From Candidatus Yanofskybacteria bacterium (GTDB lineage: Bacteria > Patescibacteriota > Minisyncoccia > 2-02-FULL-40-12 > IGHO2-01-FULL-4-A): a stretch of 64,000 nt of DNA. This document shows, one piece after another, positions 29,351 through 37,563 of the stretch (position 1 is its first letter; each line of letters starts with the position of its first letter). The stretch spans positions 2,384-66,383 of the forward strand of contig CAIUCV010000005.1 of assembly GCA_903897805.1 (NCBI GenBank), in the 5' to 3' direction. The translations under genes and the position numbers were made by a program. The notes beneath the pieces were generated by a model. The model made no database searches. It worked only from the letters and a program-made list of their open reading frames with translations, and had not been told where the DNA came from.

Positions 29351-31906
29351 TTATAAATTTTCTTCTTGGTTTATGTGGTCTAGTGGTTCTATCTCCTGCC
29401 AATTATTACCGTATTTAACGTCAACAATCAGGGGAACATCTAACTGGTATACCGATTCCATTATTTTTTTAAGTTCGGAAGCAATTTGGGTGATTAGTTT
29501 TTCTTTGACCTCGCAGACCAGCTCGTCATGGACCTGAAGGAGCATCTTGGCCTCCCCTTCCTTGAGGTTGCGATGAATAAAATCATGGACTCTTGTCATC
29601 GCCATTTTCATCAGATCGGCGGCAGTGCCTTGGATAGGATGGTTTATCGCCATACGTTCCGCCTGTGCCTGAACCTGCGGTATCGTTGAGTAAATATCCA
29701 AAAGCTGACGGCGGCGGCCGAAGAGCGTTTCAACAAAACCATCGCGGTGGGCCTCTTCCTTGGTTTTTTCCATATATCTGGCCACACCCGAAAAATCATC
29801 CAGATATTTTGTTATGAATTCTCTTGCTCTCTGGCGGTCAACACCGGCTGCCCGGGCAAAGCCGAGAGGGCCCATCCCATAAATTATACCGAAATTCAGA
29901 ACTTTTGCCTGCCGCCGCATTTCTTTGGTAACTTTTTCCGGCACGACCTCAAAAATCTCGGCGGCGGTCCGGGTGTGGACGTCTTCACCGTTGCGAAACG
30001 CCTCTATCATTTTTTCGTCTTGGGCAATATGGGCAACGATGCGTAGTTCAATCTGCGAATAATCAAGAGAGAGCAGGCAGTAGCCCCTTTCGGCTACAAA
30101 TGCTTTGCGAAACTCCTGTCCCAATGCCGTTCTTATCGGGACATTCTGCAAGTTTGGGTCTTGAGAGGCAAGCCGACCGGTGGCAGTGCCGGTTTGGTTA
30201 TATGTCGTATGAAGGCGGCCATCTGATTTATCAACCAGAAGCGGGAACGGTTCTATATATGTCGTCTTTAATTTCTGCAATTCCCGGTATTGCAGTATCA
30301 AATCAATTATCGGATGCTCGTCTCTTAATTTTTCCAGTTCCGGAGCGGCCGTAGACATTGCGCCCCCGCCTGTGCGGCGCACTCTCCCTTTGATCTGCAG
30401 TTTACTGAAAAGTATTTCTCCCAATTGCGAGGGTGAGTTTATATTGAAACTGGCGCCGGCAAGTTTGTAAATTTTGCCTTCAAGTTTAGCGAGCTCCTTG
30501 CTGGTTGATACAAGAAGTTTCTTTAAGGTCTCGGTTTTTATCTTAATGCCGTTAAGCTCCATCTCGGCCAGCACTTTAATCAGAGGCATTTCAATGTCTT
30601 CAAAGATTTTTATGAGGTTAGCCGATTTCATCTTTTCCCAAAGGTGCTCTTTTAATTTCCAAAGATAAGCCGGTTTTTTATCGGGGTCTTCGTTTGGGGT
30701 TTCCTTGAATTCCAAATAGTACATTTTGTCAAAATCATATTCCCTAAGGTCTGGATTCAGCAGATAAGCGGCGATTTTTGTGTCAAAAATTTTGTTTTTT
30801 GTATGCACGCCGCGGCCGACGAGGGATTTAAATAGGCCCTTAAGGTCGTGACCGATTAAAACCACGTCCGGACTGGCTATTATATTTTCTTGGATTTTCT
30901 TATCGCCGGCATCCGCTATGTAAATGTTGTTTTTGTCCGGATCAAAATCAAGCTCTCCTATATCGGGCGTTTCTTTTTCAAAAGCCATAGCACTTTGTTC
31001 GGGCAACCCGATTTCTTGCAATCTTTTCAGTAAACTATTGAACCCCAAATCCTTAAATAGCGTTTCAATTTTAGACTGGTCCATATTTTTTCTCCAGTCG
31101 GCCTTTCCAAGCGAAAAATCCGTATCCAAGTCAATTACGAGAGTTGAAAGCTGTTTGGAAAAATAGGCTTTTCCCTTGTTCTCAAGCAATCTCTCCGCCA
31201 GTTTGTCGCTTATTTTATTTTTTGCTTTTAGTTCAGGTTTCTGTCCCTCCAGGCATTCATATAATCCGTCCAAGCTACCGAACTTTTGGATTAAATCCGC
31301 CGCCGTCTTCTCCCCTATTCCGGGGACTCCGGGGATATTATCGGAGGGGTCACCCTTAAGGCCCCTGTAATCGTTTAATTGTCCCGGCTTGAGGCCGTAC
31401 CTGGTCATGACGGCCCTTTCGTCGTATATGATGGTATCGTTCATCCCTTTTTTAGGGGTGAACACGACGACTTTTTCGCCTTCCACCAATTGGAGAGTAT
31501 CTAAATCGCCTGTGGCGATAACAACCTGAACGTCTTTGTTTTTCTTCGTTTCGGTTGCAAGGGTACCGATCAGATCATCGGCCTCGTAACCCTGTTTTTC
31601 ATAAACTGGCACGCCGAAGGCGTTGAGCACGTCTTTGACGAGCGGTATTTGATTGTACAATTCGTCGGGTGCGCGTTCGCGGTGGATTTTGTATTCGGCG
31701 AACTCTTTGTGCCTGAAAGTGGGAGCGGCCAAATCAAAAGCGGCAGCAATGTAATCGGGTTTCATTTCCTTGATCGTTTTCAAGAGTATTGAGGAAAAAC
31801 CAAAAACGGCATTGGTGACAATGCCTCGCGGCGAAGTCAGCGGCGGCAGGGCGTGGAACGCCCGGTGCACTAGCGCGTTCCCGTCAATTAAGATTAGCTT
31901 TTTCAT
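29351..31906 (-). CDS. polA: DNA polymerase I
   Basis: 5'-nuclease N-terminus (LILIDGNALVHRAF), palm motifs (DYSQIELR, QVHDELV), 851 aa. Confidence 0.9.
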   Translation of the reverse strand: MKKLILIDGNALVHRAFHALPPLTSPRGIVTNAVFGFSSILLKTIKEMKPDYIAAAFDLAAPTFRHKEFAEYKIHRERAPDELYNQIPLVKDVLNAFGVPVYEKQGYEADDLIGTLATETKKNKDVQVVIATGDLDTLQLVEGEKVVVFTPKKGMNDTIIYDERAVMTRYGLKPGQLNDYRGLKGDPSDNIPGVPGIGEKTAADLIQKFGSLDGLYECLEGQKPELKAKNKISDKLAERLLENKGKAYFSKQLSTLVIDLDTDFSLGKADWRKNMDQSKIETLFKDLGFNSLLKRLQEIGLPEQSAMAFEKETPDIGELDFDPDKNNIYIADAGDKKIQENIIASPDVVLIGHDLKGLFKSLVGRGVHTKNKIFDTKIAAYLLNPDLREYDFDKMYYLEFKETPNEDPDKKPAYLWKLKEHLWEKMKSANLIKIFEDIEMPLIKVLAEMELNGIKIKTETLKKLLVSTSKELAKLEGKIYKLAGASFNINSPSQLGEILFSKLQIKGRVRRTGGGAMSTAAPELEKLRDEHPIIDLILQYRELQKLKTTYIEPFPLLVDKSDGRLHTTYNQTGTATGRLASQDPNLQNVPIRTALGQEFRKAFVAERGYCLLSLDYSQIELRIVAHIAQDEKMIEAFRNGEDVHTRTAAEIFEVVPEKVTKEMRRQAKVLNFGIIYGMGPLGFARAAGVDRQRAREFITKYLDDFSGVARYMEKTKEEAHRDGFVETLFGRRRQLLDIYSTIPQVQAQAERMAINHPIQGTAADLMKMAMTRVHDFIHRNLKEGEAKMLLQVHDELVCEVKEKLITQIASELKKIMESVYQLDVPLIVDVKYGNNWQEIEPLDHINQEENL

Positions 31907-32349
31907 TTTTCGGTGATGGTAATTTTTCTGGTGTTGTTCCCCAGGTGGTCAATATGAATCTTTATGCGTTTTTGGGGTAAAATCGGCCGAACTCTCTCGG
32001 CCCATTCAATCAGGATTATATTTCCCGGGTCGGCGAAAATATCTTTTACGCCAAGCGAAGCCAAGTCATGCCAGTCCCTAAGGCGGAAGGCGTCAATATG
32101 GACTAATAGTTTCCAGTTTATAGTTTTCAGTTTATAGTGACGCATTAAGACAAAAGTCGGGCTGGTGATTCTTTGTCTTATTTTTAACGCTTTGGCGAAT
32201 CCCTGGATGAAGGTTGTTTTTCCCGCTCCCAATTCACCCTCCAGGGCGAAGATGCGGGCATGTTTAAGCGGTTTGGAGTTTGCGGTTTTTTGGGCCAAAT
32301 TGGCGGCTAATTTTTGGGTTTCTTTTGCGCCCCTCGTCTTAAAAATCAT
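31903..32349 (-). CDS. tsaE: tRNA t6A37 threonylcarbamoyladenosine biosynthesis protein TsaE
   Basis: P-loop GELGAGKTTF; ~150 aa. Confidence 0.75.
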   Translation of the reverse strand: MIFKTRGAKETQKLAANLAQKTANSKPLKHARIFALEGELGAGKTTFIQGFAKALKIRQRITSPTFVLMRHYKLKTINWKLLVHIDAFRLRDWHDLASLGVKDIFADPGNIILIEWAERVRPILPQKRIKIHIDHLGNNTRKITITEK

Positions 32350-32413
32350 GTCCTTATCTTAACCTTCTCAAGGGCTTTTTTCAAATGATTTTTACCTTGT
32401 TGTGAGGGTTTGA

Positions 32414-32474
32414 AAATAAAAAAACCCGCCTGTCAGAGGTCGCCGAGAAGTGGCGACATAACAAAGCGGGGGTC
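32414..32474 (-). terminator. Strong rho-independent terminator (nested GC hairpin, then TTTTTTTATTTT on the minus strand)
   Basis: ACCCGC...GTCGCC-gagaagt-GGCGAC...GCGGGGG; closes the GC-rich operon. Confidence 0.7.
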
Positions 32475-32499
32475 TGCGCACGAGGTGCACAGGAAAGAA

Positions 32500-33126
32500 C
32501 TAGGGATCCTGCCGGCTCTCCAACCAGCGGGCTGTGGCCTCGTCCAACTCCTGTGGAACGGGGTGAGGGTTGACTCGCGCCGGCTCTGCTGTGACTGGTC
32601 GCGAAAGTTCATCAGCAATCCGGTTGAGCCCGCGCTCGACTGGGGAAAGATCAAGCGGTGGCGGTGCCGGTGCGGCTGGCTGGCTCACGGCTATCGAAAC
32701 CGCAGGCAGAACGGGCGGTGGCGCTGGTACCGACGGCACGGGAACCGTGGCCGCCACAACTGCGGTGCAAGGGGGCTTGCACGGGTTAGCGTGCCAGCCC
32801 AACAGGAAGCCACCGTAGAACAGCCAGAGGAGTGCTGCCGCTCCTCCGATGCGGAGCATCCAGAGGAGGAACCTGTACCAGTTATGGTTTATCAGGTTCT
32901 CGTTGCGGCTGACCTGCACACTAGTCAGCCTTTGCTGGTACTGGACGTTACCGCCGTGTGCTTGCGGGGGCGGCGGAGTTGCCGGAGCCCGCTGGAGCCG
33001 TGGAGCTGGAGCCGGCGGTGGATTCCCCGCTCCGGCGCAGTTCGAGCAGGTTAACTGCCCGGCCGGGACATTGGCCCCGCAAGTGGGGCAAGTCCAAGTG
33101 AGAGGAGGAATATGATTGGCGGCCAT
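32500..33126 (-). CDS. Zinc-ribbon / TM / proline-rich membrane protein (GC-rich island gene B)
   Basis: RBS AAGGAGGG 7 nt upstream; CPTC..CSNC zinc ribbon, one TM helix (WYRFLLWMLRIGGAAALLWLFYGGFLLGW), Pro-rich tail. The opposite-strand ORF 32410..33054 was rejected. Confidence 0.5.
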   Translation of the reverse strand: MAANHIPPLTWTCPTCGANVPAGQLTCSNCAGAGNPPPAPAPRLQRAPATPPPPQAHGGNVQYQQRLTSVQVSRNENLINHNWYRFLLWMLRIGGAAALLWLFYGGFLLGWHANPCKPPCTAVVAATVPVPSVPAPPPVLPAVSIAVSQPAAPAPPPLDLSPVERGLNRIADELSRPVTAEPARVNPHPVPQELDEATARWLESRQDP

Positions 33127-33127
33127 G

Positions 33128-33922
33128 TTAGTTCCCTCCTTCTGGCGCGCCGGGCGCCATTAGTACGAAGCCGATGAATCCGGGCTGGTTAGAAGCCTGA
33201 ACTCTTGCTTCAAACTCTACCCGTTCGCCCGAGGCGCCTGCCCCGGATGACTTCCCGCCAACTTGGCCATCGGGCGGGAAAATTCTGATGGTCTGAAGAG
33301 GCCGGAGAACTACTTGTTCGCCGCAGATGACCATTGGCCCGCTTCCTACTGTCGGGTAGAAGGTGAACCGATCCGAAGCATTTTTGAGCCGCCATGAGCT
33401 GGCGGCTAGCTGATTCAGACAGGCCTGCTTTTCGGCGGTCTGTTGCTGAGTAGTAGCTTCTGCCTCGGCAGATCTCTGCCGGTCATCCTGCTCGCGGGCA
33501 AGAGCCTCGCAAGCCTGTCGGTTTGATTTCTTCCGGCAGTCCAGCGGCTTTTGCTCCCTCGATGAAGTCGGAGCGGAGTAATACTGTCTCCCGTCGGGGG
33601 TTGCAGCATACGCTGTCTGGTTGTTGCGCGAGACGGCCCGGGCGACTAGACCGCCGGTGATTGCACCAGCGATAGCACCGGTAGCGGCGCTGACTAGCAT
33701 GCCGCGGCCGTTGCCGTAGTAGCCGTAGCCACCATACCCGCCGTAGCCGTAACCGTAGTTGTTGAGCATGTAGTCGACGGGGGCGTATCCCTGCCGGGCG
33801 TAGCGCTCGGCACAGGGGCCTGGGGTCAAGTCACAGGTAGTCGTGCCGAATCGTTGCGCGTTTGCTACCACCGCGAAGGTGGCGGCGAAAAACAACAGAG
33901 CGAAGAACACCTTACGTGTCAT
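33128..33922 (-). CDS. Secreted protein with a Gly/Tyr repeat (YGYGYGGYGGYGYYGNG) and a glycine-zipper segment (GC-rich island gene A); start trimmed to the RBS-supported ATG
   Basis: RBS AGGAGGA; signal peptide MTRKVFFALLFFAATFAVVANA; glycine zipper AATGAIAGAITGG. Confidence 0.5.
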   Translation of the reverse strand: MTRKVFFALLFFAATFAVVANAQRFGTTTCDLTPGPCAERYARQGYAPVDYMLNNYGYGYGGYGGYGYYGNGRGMLVSAATGAIAGAITGGLVARAVSRNNQTAYAATPDGRQYYSAPTSSREQKPLDCRKKSNRQACEALAREQDDRQRSAEAEATTQQQTAEKQACLNQLAASSWRLKNASDRFTFYPTVGSGPMVICGEQVVLRPLQTIRIFPPDGQVGGKSSGAGASGERVEFEARVQASNQPGFIGFVLMAPGAPEGGN

Positions 33923-33990
33923 CGAAATCCTCCTAATTCCTTTCGAAAGGGGACGAGATGTCAAAGAACGAACCTCATCCTGATGTATTA

Positions 33991-34019
33991 ATTATAGCAA
34001 AATCTTACAGCAAAGTCAA
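33991..34019 (-). promoter_or_regulatory. Consensus sigma70 promoter TTGACT-17-TATAAT on the minus strand driving the GC-rich two-gene operon
   Basis: Read from the reverse complement of 33991..34019. Confidence 0.55.
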
Positions 34020-34055
34020 CCCCCCGCTCAATCTTCGTTGAGTGTGGGGGTCAAT

Positions 34056-34092
34056 AGCAAAAAAAACGGCCAAAAACATAAGTTTTTGGCTG
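34056..34092 (-). terminator. Rho-independent terminator (GCCAAAAAC-ttat-GTTTTTGGC + T8) for the 34135..34884 gene
   Basis: Seen directly. Confidence 0.65.
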
Positions 34093-34134
34093 ATTGCTCC
34101 AAATTACTAATAACCACTAGAACAGAGAAGGCGA

Positions 34135-34884
34135 CTATGGCCAAGGGGGCCAGGGTAGCGGAATGGAGAAAATTTTCGGTCGTTGCGATAGCACGGGGGG
34201 CCAATCCAGTTGTAGCAGGTGCCAATTCCCGGAGATTCTACTAAACAGGGCGTATGCTTCCCCTTCCCGTTTTTCCCATTCTTCCTTCCGTTTATCCACA
34301 AGGACATCGGTGTCCTCGGGGCTGACATTTCTAACACTTGATTCCCATTCTGTCAAGAGTATCAGATGCGTTAGGAATTGCTCTAAAAGCAATATTCTTG
34401 CCGGGTTTTTAAAATTCACTATGAATATCTTAAAAGTATCCTCTTCAACGAACCAGAGTAGTCCGCTCCCTCTTGGTTTTGCCGACGCATCCGTTAGCGG
34501 TTCTGTCCAGACGAGTCCGTTTACTTCCACGATATCAAGGAATTCCCTTGCTGTTACTGCCACGACATCAACTTTGGGAAGTTTTGTTTTGGTTTCTTGT
34601 TGAAGCAGCTCCAGAAAAATCATCAGGTGCCGGTAGGGCTTGTCCGGCTTTTTGGGTTCATACCCGTATATTACCGCCCCTTCAGTTTTTCTTACCCGGA
34701 AGATTTTATTCAAAGCGAAAGTGAATTTCGGCAAGGGATCTACTTGGAGGGTAACGACGGTCGGGTTAGGTTTGGCCGGATCGGTGATTATTATTTTTTC
34801 TTTTTCTTGAGCACCGTGAGAAGTAAAGGGAAGGCAAAACTGGGCCAGAAAACCGAGGAATAAAAACTTGACGGTAATTTTCAT
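34135..34884 (-). CDS. Secreted hypothetical protein (signal peptide, W/P-rich C-terminus)
   Basis: RBS GGGGGAAG; signal peptide MKITVKFLFLGFLAQFCLPFTSHGAQE. Confidence 0.5.
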   Translation of the reverse strand: MKITVKFLFLGFLAQFCLPFTSHGAQEKEKIIITDPAKPNPTVVTLQVDPLPKFTFALNKIFRVRKTEGAVIYGYEPKKPDKPYRHLMIFLELLQQETKTKLPKVDVVAVTAREFLDIVEVNGLVWTEPLTDASAKPRGSGLLWFVEEDTFKIFIVNFKNPARILLLEQFLTHLILLTEWESSVRNVSPEDTDVLVDKRKEEWEKREGEAYALFSRISGNWHLLQLDWPPVLSQRPKIFSIPLPWPPWP

Positions 34885-34935
34885 TTCTTCCCCCTTTTTT
34901 TGTTAAGGATACGTTTTCCGAAGTATAACGGGATT

Positions 34936-35298
34936 CTAGATATTTTTAAAGTGGCGGATTTTTGCCTTCTTATTTGGAATATCAAAGGTAACGGCAATGA
35001 TATCTATCTGCCACTCAGTGTCCATATTGCCTAATTCGTGTTCCAGAAAAAGCATTGCCGTCCGTTTTATCTTTTGGGCTTTTTGGTAGTCAACTCTGAC
35101 CTCGGGATTGAAATCTCCCGCAAACTCCTGCCTGTTTGCCTTTACCTCTACGAAAACAACCGTATCCCCTGTCTTGGCAATGATGTCTATCTCCCCCCAC
35201 GGCTTGCGGTAGTTTTTAGCGATTATCTCATATCCCCTTTCTTCAAGGTATCTGGCCGCAATATTTTCAGCAAGAAACCCGATTTCTTTAGAATCCAT
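34936..35298 (-). CDS. yraN: YraN family endonuclease (UPF0102)
   Basis: ARYLEERGYEI...NYR...GEIDIIA...VVFVEVK pattern; 120 aa. Confidence 0.7.
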   Translation of the reverse strand: MDSKEIGFLAENIAARYLEERGYEIIAKNYRKPWGEIDIIAKTGDTVVFVEVKANRQEFAGDFNPEVRVDYQKAQKIKRTAMLFLEHELGNMDTEWQIDIIAVTFDIPNKKAKIRHFKNI

Positions 35299-35421
35299 TG
35301 TAGGGAGCGTAAAACCAAAAACGAAAAGTGTAAAGCCAGTTTTTCTCCACAGAAACTTGACAATGTTGAGTTGCTTCCGGTATCATTCTTTACAGTTCTT
35401 TCCCAAGCAAACGGGGGCGTT

Positions 35422-35868
35422 ATGCCGATTCCACCGAGAATTAAACGACACGCCAAAATGAAATTGGGTAATTTAAACTACGGACTGTTGCAGAGAATAG
35501 TTCAGTTATATGATCGGGTGGTAGGAGGGTTTGGAAGCAGATATCTAAACCCGGTACACCTTGAATCAATTCACGAAACATTTAGAAAGGGGCGTGCGGT
35601 TGAGTGGCGATTTGGTTCTGAAATTACCGCCCATTCAAAACTCTGGATTGACTGTGTGAATTTTAACAAAGCCAACCCCGCAAAAACTCTTATTTATTTT
35701 TGGTTTGACCCCAATATTAACCCCGGCTTAGGAGAAGACCCGGAACTTGCCAAACAGCTTGAATACGCATTTGACCGGGCGATTAAAGAACTTCTAGGAC
35801 AAGAGGGTGTTCTAATACCAAACACAAACGAACCGCCAGATTTTCAAAAAACAGCAGGATCTAAATAA
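35422..35868 (+). CDS. Hypothetical protein (148 aa), start trimmed to internal ATG
   Basis: The upstream part of the track ORF is antisense to yraN. A TTGACA-18-TATCAT promoter-like element lies at 35355..35390. Confidence 0.35.
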   Translation: MPIPPRIKRHAKMKLGNLNYGLLQRIVQLYDRVVGGFGSRYLNPVHLESIHETFRKGRAVEWRFGSEITAHSKLWIDCVNFNKANPAKTLIYFWFDPNINPGLGEDPELAKQLEYAFDRAIKELLGQEGVLIPNTNEPPDFQKTAGSK

Positions 35869-36349
35869 TAGACAATACCATCGCCGAGGAAACCCTTCGA
35901 TAAACTCAGGGTGAACTCGGCTTTTGTATTTCGAGCTCAAGCGCAGCCCTCATTACTTTTTGCGTTTTGGTGGCTGGGCAGGTAACAAATCCACTGAAAT
36001 TTATGAAGTTTTTCGCTGATAAATAAAATTGGGACGGAGTGAAGCCCCGAGCGAAGCGAGGGGCTGAACGTAAGGGGTACGATTTTTTTATCCAGAAAAA
36101 CGATAAAATTTCAATAAGATTTGTCTGCCCAGAACACCGGGCAAAAAGTAGTGGGGGCTCGCGACTTATCCACTGGAACCGCTTGACTTTTGCCCCTCAA
36201 AATCCTATCTTTAACTTACGTTCTCGCAAGAGGATGTTTGTTTTTACGGGCTATTTTTAACTACTAAATACAGACCTATTAGAACTTGGCTCAAAACCTT
36301 TTTTTCCAGAAATTTCTTTAAAAACGACAAGGTCGGCCTTTTTGGTATT

Positions 36350-37348
36350 ATGGCCCTTTCACTGCTCTTAATTATTTTCAAAGGTTCGTCCGAGGGGCAA
36401 AGGAGCATTTTTAGCAATATCCTTACCCAATATATTGAAGAAACTGCCGCCTCGGTGATACTCAGCCCCTCCAGTAATGAACTCGCCGATATTAACAGTA
36501 TTGTTGCTCGCCCCGGTGCCAGCGAAGTTCCAAAACCGTCAACTTTAAGTACTATCCAAGACAATTCAATCGTTTCACGTGGAACAATCTTGGCCGACAT
36601 TGTTAACGAACTTACAGACCGGGGAGCGCAAATATCAACTTATACCGTACAAGAGGGTGACACCCTCTCTTTTATTGCTTCTGACTACGGTGTCAGTGTA
36701 AATACGATAATTTGGGCTAATAACCTGAAAGACGCGGATAGCATAAGACCGGATATGGAATTAAAAATACCGCCAGTTACCGGCGTAGTTCACAAAGTCA
36801 AAAAGGGCGACACCGTTTCCGCATTAGCCAAAAAGTATGGAGTTGAAGCGGATAAAATCATTAGTTTTAACTTCTTGCCTCAAGAGGGCGATCTTCAAGA
36901 GGGCCAAGAATTGATAATACCCGGCGGTAAGCTGCAGACGCAGTCAGTACCAGCGCCAGTAAGCGCCGCCAAACAATTTGCTTATCTACCGAATTTAGGC
37001 GGTTTTTTCATGCTTCCCACGACGGGGTATGATTGGGGCAGAATCCACGGCAGAAACGGTGTGGATATTGCTAATTCTTGCGGGACCCCCATTTATGCCG
37101 CAGCAGATGGTTCTGTGACATCGGCAAAAACTTCCGGCTGGAATGGGGGATTTGGTAACTTTCTAAAAATACTTCATTCTAATGGAACAGAAACACTTTA
37201 TGCCCACGCCAGTCGTCTTTTGGCTACCGTGGGCGAGTATGTAACCAAGGGACAGCAGATCGCGGTTATGGGCTCAACCGGCAATTCTACCGGTTGCCAT
37301 CTCCACTTTGAAGTCCATGGGGCAAAAAATCCGCTGGCAAAGTACTAG
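36350..37348 (+). CDS. LysM-domain M23 family metallopeptidase (LytM-like)
   Basis: Two LysM repeats (YTVQEGDTLSFIA...; HKVKKGDTVSALA...); HxH motif CHLHFEVH. Confidence 0.75.
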   Translation: MALSLLLIIFKGSSEGQRSIFSNILTQYIEETAASVILSPSSNELADINSIVARPGASEVPKPSTLSTIQDNSIVSRGTILADIVNELTDRGAQISTYTVQEGDTLSFIASDYGVSVNTIIWANNLKDADSIRPDMELKIPPVTGVVHKVKKGDTVSALAKKYGVEADKIISFNFLPQEGDLQEGQELIIPGGKLQTQSVPAPVSAAKQFAYLPNLGGFFMLPTTGYDWGRIHGRNGVDIANSCGTPIYAAADGSVTSAKTSGWNGGFGNFLKILHSNGTETLYAHASRLLATVGEYVTKGQQIAVMGSTGNSTGCHLHFEVHGAKNPLAKY

Positions 37349-37396
37349 ATGTATTGTGGTTGTTTCATGGAAACAAATTGACGGTTTGCGATTCAA

Positions 37397-37558
37397 GGCC
37401 CGCCGAATAATGTCTTATAGCACCGTTGAAACTGTGTGATTTGCACGGTTCCGAGCAGTAAAATATTTCTTTCACTGCGAGGAAAATCCACGGTTTCAAC
37501 GGAACGCAACAACCTCGCTGGGGTTGTTAGTGGTGATAGAAGACATTATTCGGGCGGG
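37397..37558. repeat. MITE-like element: ~27-bp imperfect terminal inverted repeats (GGCCCGCCGAATAATGTCTTATAGCACC / GGTGATAGAAGACATTATTCGGGCGGGC) enclosing nested inverted repeats
   Basis: Inner pairs CCGTTGAAAC/GTTTCAACGG and AACAACC-n7-GGTTGTT. Located between convergent genes. Confidence 0.5.
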
Positions 37559-37563
37559 CTTGA

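Noticed and set aside
32410-33054. 214-aa plus-strand ORF in the GC-rich island (also 32570..32818, 32849..33115)
   Set aside because: High-GC DNA yields long ORFs on both strands. The minus-strand gene has a consensus RBS, a zinc-ribbon + TM architecture, a promoter and a terminator. The plus-strand ORF is Arg/Gly/Trp-rich with no signals.
35869-36349. ~480-bp non-coding gap with hairpins, screened for SRP RNA, RNase P RNA, 6S and tmRNA; also ORF 36039..36260
   Set aside because: No conserved SRP (GGAAGGAAGCAGC) or RNase P P4 (AGGAAAGUCCGGGC) motifs and no tRNA-like end. The 73-aa ORF has no RBS and an odd composition. Left unannotated.
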